The notes under the pieces: model-generated | The model's input: only the letters and a program-made list of their open reading frames with translations | Database searches by the model: none | What the model was told of the DNA's origin: nothing | Part shown: piece after piece, positions 9,501 to 19,500 of the stretch | Layout: each line of letters starts with the position of its first letter | Position numbering within the stretch: the first letter of the stretch is position 1 | Origin: a virus | Lineage: Duplodnaviria > Caudoviricetes | Direction: 5' to 3' (one strand) | DNA length: 30,112 bases | IMG/VR virus record: IMGVR_UViG_3300007956_000009 | Location: 1 to 30,112 of that record | Made by a program: the position numbers and the translations under genes

Positions 9501-12500
9501 TGGAGAATCTGATTTCTTCGCCAGTCTGATCATAATCAACAGTATCCACATTACCAGACCATCTGGTATTAGATACGGGAGGTAGACCAGCAGGAATCAA
9601 AATAATACCAGATAGGTTACCATTAGAATCGGTAATAAGAGGAGCTCCGAAAGTAGAAAGGGAGTTACCCGCTTGACCACTAAAACGACTATCAGGAATG
9701 ACCCAACGTCCAACGTTACGTCCTTCCATAAACACATAAACAGCAGTGTCTGGTTTTAGTCTGTTCATCACAAACTTAACAGGAATTGATCTAGCGAAGA
9801 ACTGTAGAGAAGTAGCAACTTTCTTATCACCGATAGTCTTAGTTGAAACACCTTTACCTACTTCATTGTTTTGTGGACTTACATTAGAAGAACTAGAAAC
9901 ATTAGCAGGTTGAACTGTAGATTCAATGTCTTCACTATTAATGTTAGCAAGGGATTCTATTGGTAGGAATCCAGCATCAGTACCACACCAGTTAACGATG
10001 AATGAGTTGTAGATACTAGAATAAGCATCTGCTACAACATCTTTTGCTAGGAAGATAGAATTCAGTTTCGTGTTCGAGTCAACAACTAATGGAGCAATAC
10101 CCTGATCGTACCAAGAATCTTGCTGAGGTGTAATTACGCCTTCACCAACATATTGGATGACAACAAATGGGTTTGGGTTGATAGTCTTAGTAGCATTTTT
10201 GTTACTCAGTAGTTCTACATTCTCGAAAGGTAGTGTAACAACACCCTCGTTGATTACATATCCAGAGACTGCTCTCTGGTCATCTCTAGTATTAATTTCT
10301 TTAAGAACAAAACTATCTTCTTTAGATTGTGCTCTTAGAACAGACTGCTGACTGTCGATAGCACATCTATAATCGTCAGATTTAAGATTGCCCGTTCTGT
10401 GTGCTTCAAAATTATCTACAAGGAAACCAGATTTGAATCTGTCTAGACCAATCTCATCCTTAACTTGCATGTTTAGTGCTTGCTGCTCAAGAATGCTTAG
10501 TGTGGTGTAATACTCTAAACGCTCAATTCTCTTCTCCAGTTTGCCAATGTCCTTCATGGTATAACGCTTGTTATCCACAGGAACAATTCTTACATCCTTA
10601 CTATTGTTAGTATAAGCAGGGATATGGAGATAGCAAAGGGAAACAGCATCATTTAATGGTTCTGGTTTAGATGGGTTCAGCGAAGCATTACCTTCTTTAA
10701 TAATAAAGTCTCCTTTTTTAGTGAGGAATAGACCGTCAATACGATCCAGATATTGCTTCTCACTAAAGGATACTGTATAAGATAGGTTAGAATCCGAAGC
10801 AGGAGTTCCTGTTGGAATACCACCTGTACCTAGGAATGTGATATAGTCGGTAGTATCAAATCTCTCGACAATAGATTGATCTTGGAAACCAGTAATAGTT
10901 GTATTACCATCAACCTTAGGTCTGAAGTCGATGGAATCTCTAAGAGAGATAACACCATTAACAGTAGAGTTGAATAGAGGAATTTCGTCAGGTAGAACAC
11001 CTGCTTCATGAAGATACGAGTCAACGGTACAGAAGTCTCCTTGAGAATGCTCGAAGAAATCGAACGCTGCTACTAGTTGACCAGTAGGAGCATCAAAACC
11101 AGGCTTCAATACAATTCTGGAAACATCATAGTATGTGTCTCTTTGTCCATTGTCAAACTTATACTTGTAAGTTACGTCAGTACCACTAACTAGATTACCA
11201 GCAGTATCAACTACAGGTGGGTTAGTAGTTGTACCTTCATAGACATACTTCAGTTTGAATACATCAGAATACGAGAATGTCTCAATAACATCCGAATCAT
11301 AATCTTGACCTCTTAGAGGAATTACACGGTCACCCGAAGAAATAATGACTACACGCTTGTTTCTTATAGCACTCTTAAGTCTAGGACGTGCTTTATCGAT
11401 CTCAACAGTAGCAGTTAGTTTTAGTTTGGGGAAGTTACCATCAAGAATATTACCGAAGTAATCTGATGGCAGATTCTTGATTCTCAAAGCACCAGCAGTA
11501 ACAGTACTAGCAGTAATAACTGAATCTGCTACCTCAATATATCTAGGATCAATAAAGATTACATCACCATTTTCTACAACACTGGAAGATCCTTTACTCA
11601 GAACGGTAACTAGGAACTGCTCTTCACTGAAACTAACAAATGTCTGTGTACCAACAGGTAGTTGAGCAGTAAATGTTAAGTTACCACCACTAGCAGATAG
11701 ATCAGTAACAAAATCTTTTCTGACATGATACTTAAACTTAGTATCGGAAGAATCACTAACTAGCGATGCTACTTGCTTACTACCAGTTGGAAATACCAGG
11801 GTAGCAGCACTATTAGATAGTCTAGGACGTAATCTTACAATAGTAGCATTATTAATGTCGGCAGGTAGAGCATAGTCAAGATAGATTCTAGATTTCTCGG
11901 TATCTTGTGGCAGTGTGACGTATTGTACAATGTTCTTAATAACATTGTTATTAGCATCAGTAAACTGGATAATATCACCTTGGATTAGATCGCCAGTTAG
12001 ATCAGCGCCAAAACCATTACATTCAATAAATTTTGTTCCGTTGTTGCCAAAGAAAGTAAAGTCACTAATTTGCTTGTAGGTAGCATAAGAGGTTGATGAG
12101 AAATCAACGTCAGCTGTAAATGTGTAGTTGTTGAAGGTTGAAGATACTGACTTTACGTTTTGAGGAGTGAAAGTTAGTACAGTTTCTTTGAATAGTACAG
12201 GTGTAACAATTGCTTTATCGTTATTAGACTCATCTCCAGTAAATCCAATTGATGGAGGAGAAGCATAAGTCTGCTGTAGAGCACTTCTATTTTCTACACT
12301 AACTTTAACTACAGCACCACCATATAGAACAATACCAACTTTAGATTGATCAAATTCTGTACCATTGATCACCATTGTAGAAGAGTTGGTATAATTAGTA
12401 CCTCTCTTATTAACAATAAAGTGGGAAATGGTATTCTCTTTAGCAATCTTGATAGCGTTATTTTCTTCATCAATGATTGTTTCACCAGGAATAAACTGAC

Positions 12501-14607
12501 CTGATAATGTAGATACAAATAATGTAGAGATGCTGCTGAATTGAGCTTCAGAATCATTTTCAATTACACCATATGCTTTACTCTCTTTACCATAGATGTA
12601 CTTGCCGTTCTTGAAAGTCTGAGCAATGATTTCTTTCTCTAGTTTCAGTCTAGTAAAAAAGACTGGATTGAAATACGAGAAACCAAAGGTAGCATTATAT
12701 GGAGTAGCAGATCCTGTTCTACCTCTAGAAAGGATGATATCAGCATCAGGATTAAAACCATTACCTCTACTAATTAATCTAAAATCTTTTGGTTTTGATA
12801 CACCAACAATAGGAGTGAACGATGGATTATAGTCAACAATTAAACCATATGGATTACTAGAAGTTTCCATCAATGTTTCAGAAGTATACACATATCTTCT
12901 GAAGTCCGTCTCGTCACTATCAAATTCCTTCATGTACTTGTCTAGGTCACCTTTGCTACCTAGAATTGTAAGTTCACCGAAGTATGCTGAGTTAGCACTA
13001 TTAACCTCGGGACGGTTGACGATTGCTTTACCAATTACCTTAGCACTCTTACCATTAACAGTTCCAGTTCCTCTAGTTGTAACAAACCATACTTCATCAG
13101 GAAGTTGAGAAGTTTGTGTCGGTACATCACCAATTGCCTGAACATAAATGGTCATGATACCTTGATCTAAACCAAATGGTTCAGATCTTCTACTAATAGA
13201 ATCTCTAAAATAACCATCTGGTTCCAATCCAGAGAATCCAATTGTGCCATCATTAAATACACTGTTTAGAGATACAGTTGGATATCCAGTAAGTTCGTCA
13301 CCAACTGTGTTTAGAGGAATACTGCCATAGACATTGGTTATCTTAAATTCTGGAAGACCTTTTGTCTTGATAGTTACGTTGTCACGGGATAGAGTATCTC
13401 TACCTTTACTTACATCAAGAGTCTTGGTCTCTTTGTTAATAATTTCGTAGCCTTTAACATATGCTTTACCAGAACTTACCGATAGAAGCATCTTTCCTTC
13501 TGCTTCTACTGCTGTGTAAGTTCTATTTACTAGACCAGTCTCATTACTAAGAGCATATACACCATTATTACTTTGTCTCTGGTAGTATTCTCTAACATCA
13601 TAGTCAAAATCTTCTACAACATAATCACCAGACTCATCGAATGTTCTTCTTGCTAGAGTTTCTTCTAGAAGGGTATAGTCGGCTGACCTAATTTGTTTTT
13701 CTACAGTTCCGTTCTTAATTTGAACTAACTGAATAAAATTCTTATCCGTATTAGCATTATAATCAAACTTAGTAAGATTTAGATTAATACTAAGACGGTG
13801 AGCACCAGGAGCAGATGAGTTAGAAAAACCTCGGGCATTATCTGCTAGGGAAGTATCCTCTTCGGGAGTTACAACACTTTCCGTAACAGTAAAACCTACC
13901 TTAGATGATGCTTTATTATAATATTTGTTGATAATCAGTAGTTGTTTTTTGTTTCTTACAAAGAAACCATTAACAAAGTAAACACCTTCTTGTACATCAA
14001 CAGCAGTAGCAAACCCCATAGCACGACTGCTAAAGGTTTCGATATTACCTGAAGTAGGATCCTCTACATTAATACTTGTAGGGAGTACGCTACCATCTGT
14101 ACCAACTACAAGTAGAGGAGTGTTGATACCAGCAATAACTTCTAGCGTTTCTCCTTGTCTGAAGGTAGTTTCGTTGCTAGCAGATCCACTAGTGGTATAT
14201 TTTACGAATAATGTATCTGCTTCAATATCAGATCCATATTCAGAACTTAGTACGCGCCCAACAACTCCAGAGTTTAGGCCCTGGAGTTGTGTGCCAATAA
14301 GTTTTTTAATATCATATTTTTTGTAAACGATTTGTCCGTTTTCGTTTACAGCAACTTCAGATACAGAAGATAACTTGACATAATCAAGCTTGGTATTAAG
14401 TCCAACCTCTCCAGGGATGACTTGCTGTCCCTGTTTGAAGTTGAACTTACCAAAACTTTCTACTTGATTCTGGAGAATCGATTGTAGAGAAGTTAATTCT
14501 CTAGTTTGGATCGAGTATCCAGGTCTGAACAAAACTTTATAAAAGTTTTTGCCAGGATCAAAGTCGTCATAATATGGTGCTACGTTGAGATTCGTCTTCT
14601 GTGGCAT
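6535..14607 (-). CDS. VrlC-like (DUF4815) large virion structural protein, 2690 aa
   Basis: N-terminus NLNVAPYYDDFD..KNFYKVLFRPG..IQ.RELT.LQSILQNQ; LARRTFDESGDY; GKAYVKGYE; RYTM.DIGKLEKRI..LEYYT.LS.LE; P.AQTF; C-terminal P.I.DLRA.A. Located directly after gp8, as in cyanomyoviruses. Confidence 0.9.
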   Translation of the reverse strand: MPQKTNLNVAPYYDDFDPGKNFYKVLFRPGYSIQTRELTSLQSILQNQVESFGKFNFKQGQQVIPGEVGLNTKLDYVKLSSVSEVAVNENGQIVYKKYDIKKLIGTQLQGLNSGVVGRVLSSEYGSDIEADTLFVKYTTSGSASNETTFRQGETLEVIAGINTPLLVVGTDGSVLPTSINVEDPTSGNIETFSSRAMGFATAVDVQEGVYFVNGFFVRNKKQLLIINKYYNKASSKVGFTVTESVVTPEEDTSLADNARGFSNSSAPGAHRLSINLNLTKFDYNANTDKNFIQLVQIKNGTVEKQIRSADYTLLEETLARRTFDESGDYVVEDFDYDVREYYQRQSNNGVYALSNETGLVNRTYTAVEAEGKMLLSVSSGKAYVKGYEIINKETKTLDVSKGRDTLSRDNVTIKTKGLPEFKITNVYGSIPLNTVGDELTGYPTVSLNSVFNDGTIGFSGLEPDGYFRDSISRRSEPFGLDQGIMTIYVQAIGDVPTQTSQLPDEVWFVTTRGTGTVNGKSAKVIGKAIVNRPEVNSANSAYFGELTILGSKGDLDKYMKEFDSDETDFRRYVYTSETLMETSSNPYGLIVDYNPSFTPIVGVSKPKDFRLISRGNGFNPDADIILSRGRTGSATPYNATFGFSYFNPVFFTRLKLEKEIIAQTFKNGKYIYGKESKAYGVIENDSEAQFSSISTLFVSTLSGQFIPGETIIDEENNAIKIAKENTISHFIVNKRGTNYTNSSTMVINGTEFDQSKVGIVLYGGAVVKVSVENRSALQQTYASPPSIGFTGDESNNDKAIVTPVLFKETVLTFTPQNVKSVSSTFNNYTFTADVDFSSTSYATYKQISDFTFFGNNGTKFIECNGFGADLTGDLIQGDIIQFTDANNNVIKNIVQYVTLPQDTEKSRIYLDYALPADINNATIVRLRPRLSNSAATLVFPTGSKQVASLVSDSSDTKFKYHVRKDFVTDLSASGGNLTFTAQLPVGTQTFVSFSEEQFLVTVLSKGSSSVVENGDVIFIDPRYIEVADSVITASTVTAGALRIKNLPSDYFGNILDGNFPKLKLTATVEIDKARPRLKSAIRNKRVVIISSGDRVIPLRGQDYDSDVIETFSYSDVFKLKYVYEGTTTNPPVVDTAGNLVSGTDVTYKYKFDNGQRDTYYDVSRIVLKPGFDAPTGQLVAAFDFFEHSQGDFCTVDSYLHEAGVLPDEIPLFNSTVNGVISLRDSIDFRPKVDGNTTITGFQDQSIVERFDTTDYITFLGTGGIPTGTPASDSNLSYTVSFSEKQYLDRIDGLFLTKKGDFIIKEGNASLNPSKPEPLNDAVSLCYLHIPAYTNNSKDVRIVPVDNKRYTMKDIGKLEKRIERLEYYTTLSILEQQALNMQVKDEIGLDRFKSGFLVDNFEAHRTGNLKSDDYRCAIDSQQSVLRAQSKEDSFVLKEINTRDDQRAVSGYVINEGVVTLPFENVELLSNKNATKTINPNPFVVIQYVGEGVITPQQDSWYDQGIAPLVVDSNTKLNSIFLAKDVVADAYSSIYNSFIVNWCGTDAGFLPIESLANINSEDIESTVQPANVSSSSNVSPQNNEVGKGVSTKTIGDKKVATSLQFFARSIPVKFVMNRLKPDTAVYVFMEGRNVGRWVIPDSRFSGQAGNSLSTFGAPLITDSNGNLSGIILIPAGLPPVSNTRWSGNVDTVDYDQTGEEIRFSTGTKTIRFTSASDDADKNEVDSYAEVKYYASGTTPSNPPSITSTATSFFKANEGVQLVDSNTDNPIKPNPLAQTFKIENFDGGLMTTGVDLFFNKKSETIPIRAYLTDVAAGKPGKNIVPGTQVSLTPETYLRVYVTGETETVTVSLDEFVTGKTSNAAGPIAKVFDSNLVRVGDDTSSSFQMNKEQVYTLVLGNHNGSTFVANESLSIPSVTAFNATNNTTLGIFIAKDSGKVTDLRVSAVGSSYETASIVIESPQLPGGSSATGSISVSDGKVYNCEVSLTGRGYTEPPSVVVKGVGLGAAGAVIESIIEIDTPAVRMGVAIDYSGVTESITPTRFDFKHPVYLQNNTEYALTIETDSIEYELWASVLGEEEISTSNIVTTQPSLGSVYKSQNTDDWTEDLFEDIKFIMYRAEFDTTGGEIEVTNENLGYEKLQISPFETSVRSATNATSPLFKNNNSVVKVYHRDNGFEDTGNSYVFFQEAQDVGGISGVTLNQRLYKVSNSGIDSYNVTSLNGAGSSIIGGGNTVLASYNRKFERLYAQVPYLQLDGTKIESFVATTDVVPVDSNTKNYLSYSSVDYEKTFLGEEHFFTNQKMVASRINQTMNGLPYSLKYKFKLTTDTSVLSPVLDLRTATVKTASNRIENATGYEDRYGKRDQIVTFQPLYSLAFAVTGSNAGQVDENLSVVGQTSKAEGLITNYENNNATIRLKTVTPFQQGEALNLIGTDGVEISNVGITITTISEIEFNFSVGSNVIAYSPTDESVSYANKINGKVILWDAEDKILIVENSYQPINNNYSASTSQSEAYARNQVDSAQQPDIFRVGDVVQSTGDDTPKFIQINTIDYTTGVDYVPETDAVNSSSVAKYVTKEVFIDNAGSAIDVRSTMNLTDVENIKIYYKLRESSSSANFDDINWVPFNKNGNPDIDNLATSANSISGQFEKQTDYQELRFSASNLPEFTSFAIKIIMKTDDPSYVPKIQDLRAVASY

Positions 14608-14608
14608 G

Positions 14609-14658
14609 TTATTCCGCCAAATACTCTACTTTGTTCGTTGAAGTATTTAGCGGAGTAA
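14609..14658 (-). repeat. Inverted repeat / RNA hairpin covering the late promoter and ribosome-binding region
   Basis: Minus-strand UCCGCUAAAUACU (14654-14642) pairs with AGUAUUUGGCGGA (14625-14613): 13 bp with one U-G pair and a 16-nt loop, extendable by 3 bp past one mismatch. Confidence 0.8.
14644..14650 (-). promoter_or_regulatory. Late promoter (CTAAATA) for the VrlC-like gene
   Basis: Intergenic plus-strand tatttag, 36 nt upstream of ATG 14607. Confidence 0.7.
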
Positions 14659-14666
14659 AAAAGAAA

Positions 14667-16544
14667 TCAGAACTCGATAACTAGTTTGATGTCTTCAATC
14701 TGGTCAGCAGCACGGGTGATGAGACGACGGTTCTCAACATAGATGATCTCACCAGTGTTATTACCGATTTCAGGAGTGGCAAGACCACTACCGAAAGTAA
14801 CACCTACGAGAGTGTCATTGTTGCCAGCATCGACAGTACCTGAAGAAAGCGATTGAGCACCAGAGATAGCATTACCGCTATTCTCGAATTCTCTTACAAC
14901 GCCAGCATCGGTGTGTAGTGAAGGAGACTGGATGTACTTAAGTACGCCAGCACCACCAGGACCAGCATTACCAGAATCTCTTTCCCAAGAAACTACAGTA
15001 CCGAAAGCAGAACCGCCAGCGGCAGCAGTCTGGGTGATTACTTCGTCAGCAACGAAGTCAGCAGTAGCACCAGTAACTTTAGCAGCATATACACCACTCA
15101 AGGTAGGAGCGGTAGCAAAAGTAGAACCACCAGCAGCAAATGGGTCACGGATAATACCGATACGACGGAAGTCGTTATCAACAGGGAAGTCGCCCGAACC
15201 TTCAGCATAGGTTAGACGGATGTTCGTCATAACACGCTTGGCGTTGAGTTCTTCTTCAAAGTTAGAACCATGACCACCTTGAGGAGGAAGAACTGCTTCG
15301 ATAGCACCAGTAGCGTTAGAAGGAACAACACCAGATGTCTTCGTTGTTAGACCAGCATCGGAATAGAGTCCGATAGGAGCTCCAGTCCAACCTGGATCGC
15401 CGTTCTCAAGACCATCTTGGAGAGGAACGGTAGCATAGGTGTAACCACTTCCAGGATTAGTTACAGTTAGAGAAGAAAGAACACCACCAGCAACAGTGAC
15501 TTCTACAACACCACCAGTACCATCGCCAACAATAGGAGCATAATAAACGCCGTTGGTTAGACCAGAACCTTGATTCTCGATCATAACAACTTCAACTGAG
15601 TTAGGGTCGGCAGTAGCAATTGCTTCAGTTGCCTGACGAGAAGCGTTCGTTGGAAGAACGATTGGCATGAAATCAGTAGAAAGGAAACGTAGTACGTCAT
15701 CCGTTGGGATGGTGTACATGAACTTCCAAATGTAACCGTTAGCAGCAGGGTCTTCTGTGAATAGACCAGTAGCACTAGCATAAGTACCCTGACCACCAGA
15801 AGGAGTAGTCTTGGGTTCGTTGGTAGCAGTAAGACCAGTAGGAGCTAGATCAGACTCTCCGTTATAGAGGCACTTGAATACTTCATACTGAGAATTGATT
15901 AGATAATACTTAGCATCAGCAATATTGGTAGCGCCAGTAGCAGCTGCTTTACCAATTTGACCACCACTACCAGGAGTAGTAGAATAGTCAGGCTTCCACA
16001 TGTCAAACTTAGGGTTAGCAGCGGTATCCCAGTTGAAACGACGGATTACACTACGAGCAAAGTCGGTGGTGATACGCTTGGCAGCAATGATGTCGTCATA
16101 AACATCATACTTTTCAGTTTGGTTGTCGAGAGGTACAGGGGGAACATCCTCTGTAGCATAACGATAAACACCAGTTAGTGCTTCAGCGTTGGTGTCGGCA
16201 GTGCCATTCCAACCCTTAAGTGCTTGACCAGCGGTAGGAACAGAATTGGTCTGTGGACCAACAGAGTGGAGAAGAAGTGAATTTTCGTAGACTACTCTAA
16301 TAGTAGCCTTAAATGTAGCGGAAGCGTAGTTAGCGCCAATATACACTTCGTTACCTGCTACAAAAGCAGTAGCATTAGCATTGAAAATTTCTAGATAGGC
16401 ATCCCATCTTTGGGGACGACCTACGAAGAAATACATCCTCGTTTTCTCAGGAGAAGTATCTGCGCCACCAACGGGCTCAGACAGCGACTCAAGGAATTGG
16501 GTAGCGTTAAAAATTCTAAACTTATCTGAGATAATGGCAGCCAT
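14667..16544 (-). CDS. gp8: Baseplate wedge subunit gp8 (625 aa)
   Basis: MAAIISDKFRIFNA.QF start, Y.F.GRP..W, V(F/Y)KCL.NG, GY.WK(F/Y)MYTI, F.STDFMP, GGHG...EL, NDFR.IG, C-terminal IIY.ENR..I.R..DQ.EDIKLVIEF. Follows gp7. Confidence 0.92.
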   Translation of the reverse strand: MAAIISDKFRIFNATQFLESLSEPVGGADTSPEKTRMYFFVGRPQRWDAYLEIFNANATAFVAGNEVYIGANYASATFKATIRVVYENSLLLHSVGPQTNSVPTAGQALKGWNGTADTNAEALTGVYRYATEDVPPVPLDNQTEKYDVYDDIIAAKRITTDFARSVIRRFNWDTAANPKFDMWKPDYSTTPGSGGQIGKAAATGATNIADAKYYLINSQYEVFKCLYNGESDLAPTGLTATNEPKTTPSGGQGTYASATGLFTEDPAANGYIWKFMYTIPTDDVLRFLSTDFMPIVLPTNASRQATEAIATADPNSVEVVMIENQGSGLTNGVYYAPIVGDGTGGVVEVTVAGGVLSSLTVTNPGSGYTYATVPLQDGLENGDPGWTGAPIGLYSDAGLTTKTSGVVPSNATGAIEAVLPPQGGHGSNFEEELNAKRVMTNIRLTYAEGSGDFPVDNDFRRIGIIRDPFAAGGSTFATAPTLSGVYAAKVTGATADFVADEVITQTAAAGGSAFGTVVSWERDSGNAGPGGAGVLKYIQSPSLHTDAGVVREFENSGNAISGAQSLSSGTVDAGNNDTLVGVTFGSGLATPEIGNNTGEIIYVENRRLITRAADQIEDIKLVIEF

Positions 16545-16579
16545 TGATAGTCTCTCTTTTGTGAACGTTTTGTCTGATT

Positions 16580-16593
16580 TATTTATATTTATA
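16580..16593 (-). promoter_or_regulatory. Two overlapping perfect T4 late promoter boxes (TATAAATATAAATA)
   Basis: tatttata at 16580-16587 and at 16586-16593. The second box overlaps the gp7 stop codon. ATG of gp8 is 35 nt downstream. Confidence 0.85.
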
Positions 16594-19500
16594 CAATAGA
16601 GAAAGGAATAATCTCGTCATTTACACTGATCAGATCAGTGCCTCGGATGACTGTACATCCCTCTAATGTAGTAGCAGTTTTGGAAGTGTAAGAAATTACA
16701 GATCCATCCTCCGTCAATACATGACCAAAATCAGAAAAATAGGTCGTGTTTTGTACAGCAAGAGATCCACTAACTGTTCCAGTAAAGTTACTTATAGTAA
16801 CAGGTTGTTGGATCGAAGGTATACCCATGTTAAATCTCACACCATTACCAAGCAAAGCAGAATCATGGCGGAAGTCAAAGTCACGGATAGACATAGATGG
16901 ATAAATGCTATGTACATCCTGTAAAGTCAATCCAGAAGAGATTCCAGTATCAATTAGAGCATTGTCTTGGAAAGATCCGAGAGTCAACCCGACATTACCA
17001 AGACTATAATCTTCAAATCCAGGAGGTTGACCCTGGTCTCTATTTTCTACCAAGAATGTACCGCCATTTCGTAGGATAACCTCGTTATATGGATCGAGTA
17101 GTTGTACTACATTTCCATTTCTTTGATTGATGAATGTTTCTAGTACATACTCTTCGATAATATAATCAACAATAGCAGATCTATAATCAATCTCTGTACC
17201 GCCAGATAGTGAATCAAATAGACCACCTAGCACCAAAGAAACTCTGGTTGAAATTGTATCAATATCTTGAACAGAACTTACAATTTTAGTTGATCGGTGA
17301 TGCATAACGAATGGATCAGCAATGCTGTTCAATTCTTTGACAGCAACTCTTGTTACATCGAGATTTGTGAATGTCACGATGTTAGAAGACAAAGTATCAA
17401 TACGAGTCTGTGGATTTTCAACAATTTGTGTAGAAACTCCAGTTACGGTGTTGAGTACATCAAATTGAACTTCATTAGTTACGATAGTTTTTTCGTAAGA
17501 AGAAGTTACCACTTGTGAAGTAGAAGCAGCGGTAGCAGCAACACTACCAATAGAAACCGAAGTAATCTGTGATGTAGTGTCTAGTTCAATTTGCTGTTCT
17601 TGAGTCAACTGAATCTCAGTTAGTTCTGGACCAGCAATTAAAACTTCACCAACTACACCAAATGCTCCAGATATACCAGCAGATTCTTTAGAAACTTTAG
17701 ACTGGGTAGAATGTACCTCTGTAACAATATTATAAGAAACTGGTGGAATAATTGTGATTTGCTGATGTACTACACCAACCAAATCAACCACATCTTCTAG
17801 ATCAACAATTTGCTTGATCTCATTAGTATTGGTGAAAGTATCAATAACCTCACTAATAGACTGAATCTGTGCTGTCTTCTCTAGTTGTGTAGTAGAAGAC
17901 TGAGCAACACTACCCTCACTGAGGATAACATTAATGCCACCAGATAGTAGAACAGTAAATTCTGGTTGAGATAGAATTAGTTCTCCTGGAGTATGAGCAG
18001 CAGGAGTTGATCCCTGGAATCCTCTAATGACATCCAAGAATCTGTCTTTCTCTTTTCTTCTGTAATAGATGTATTCACCAGCAATGAGAATTCTGCTTGG
18101 GGTGTCTGGGAATCCAGTAGTATTAGCAGCATAAACAATAGCAGATGTATCTGTAACAGGAGCATCGACAAATGTTCCAAGTCCACCATATGACGGGAAT
18201 GGTTTTGGAATAAATCCTTTGTTTGCCTTGATTTGGATAATCTTATTGATTTCCTCGGTTGTAACAGTCTCCAGAGTAGCAACAGCTTCAAATCCAATAA
18301 CACCACCAATAACTTGAGTGAGTATCGGATCAAAACCATATTGTATTGCTGGAAGTGTAACAGCAGGTGACTGTACGGCAGCTTCTGTTGGAAACTTCTC
18401 GCTAGTCATCAATACTTGACGTTCTTCTCCTTCCAGAGTATTAATTCCAGAGGTGACCTGCCTATTGGTATTCAATTCAGCTGAAAATCCACCTAACGAA
18501 ATAATAGAGTTAATTGATGATCCATTGAATGGACCACCCTCAATTCTAATCTCGGTATTACCGAGTAGAGTGAATACAGAATCAATCTCAGTTTGTATTC
18601 TAAGTTCAGTTAGACTATCAACCTTACGATTAAGTTCTTTAATTCTCTTATATCGTCTTGCTACAACAACTCTTGGTGGTTGAGTGTAACCACTACCAGG
18701 ATTAGTTAAAATAACGTCAAGAATTTGACCACCATAAGCGATAATTTCTGCTTTCGCTCCACCACCGTTACCATCTACAGGAATGAAGTGAACTTCTGGT
18801 GTAGTGAAGTATTCGTAAGCAGTTGGCTGTAATAGAATTCCTTCATCAAAGAATAGTGATAGGTCTCTTTGGTTAAACTCTACATCAGAAACATTTAGAG
18901 TAGTGATAGCACCAAATTGGTTTATATTAGCAGTAACACTCAGACCTTCGCCTTCTGTGTCCCCCTCATAATTAGTTGCCTGGACCTTAGCATAATGCTC
19001 ATTAGAAATGTAATAGTCATCAACAAAAGATTTTGTATATACAGTGTCAGGTGTTCTTACAATTTCACGATACTCACTCTCGCCATCGATAAGAATTTTA
19101 TCGCCAGGTAGCAAGTTAGCAAACATGGAGTTTTTATTATTCCATGCTTTGTTGCCACCTTCTACACCATACAACCAAGAAGGAACATCTTTTTCGAGAA
19201 CTCTAAGTCCTTCATCATCTATTTTGAATGTGGCCGATACAGTATATGTTCCTGAAACTACATATGAACTATATCCAAATGATTCTGGACATACAGAAAT
19301 ACTAGTATTCTCATCAACTGAGACATTATTTGGAGATTTCAGGGTTAATATAACCTGATCAGCACTGACGGTATTTACATTTTGTACTTTACCAAGGATA
19401 GTAGTACCTTGCTTGATATGTAAATCTTGTCCAGCATACTTATCTAAATCTCCTTTTACTGTAGCAGAAACTCCAACGCCATCTAGACTGAGGAAAATTG

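Noticed and set aside
6535-14607. VrlC as a virulence factor
   Set aside because: The name is historical (Dichelobacter vrl locus); here the context indicates a standard virion structural gene.
14609-14666. Hairpin plus T-run as an intrinsic terminator for gp8
   Set aside because: The U-tract precedes the stem on the coding strand, and the plus strand has A's after it, so it does not fit a terminator on either strand.
16550-16605. RBS-occluding pairing at gp8 (TTCTCT/AGAGAG), and similarly at gp25 (GTAGGT/ACCTGC)
   Set aside because: Only about 6-7 bp with long loops, too weak to distinguish from chance.
360-18339. Short minus-strand alternative-frame ORFs (360..554, 2247..2432, 9330..9551, 10830..11024, 12369..12563, 15581..15796, 17977..18339)
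   Set aside because: They are Leu-rich out-of-frame by-products of T-ending codons within large genes, with no independent support.
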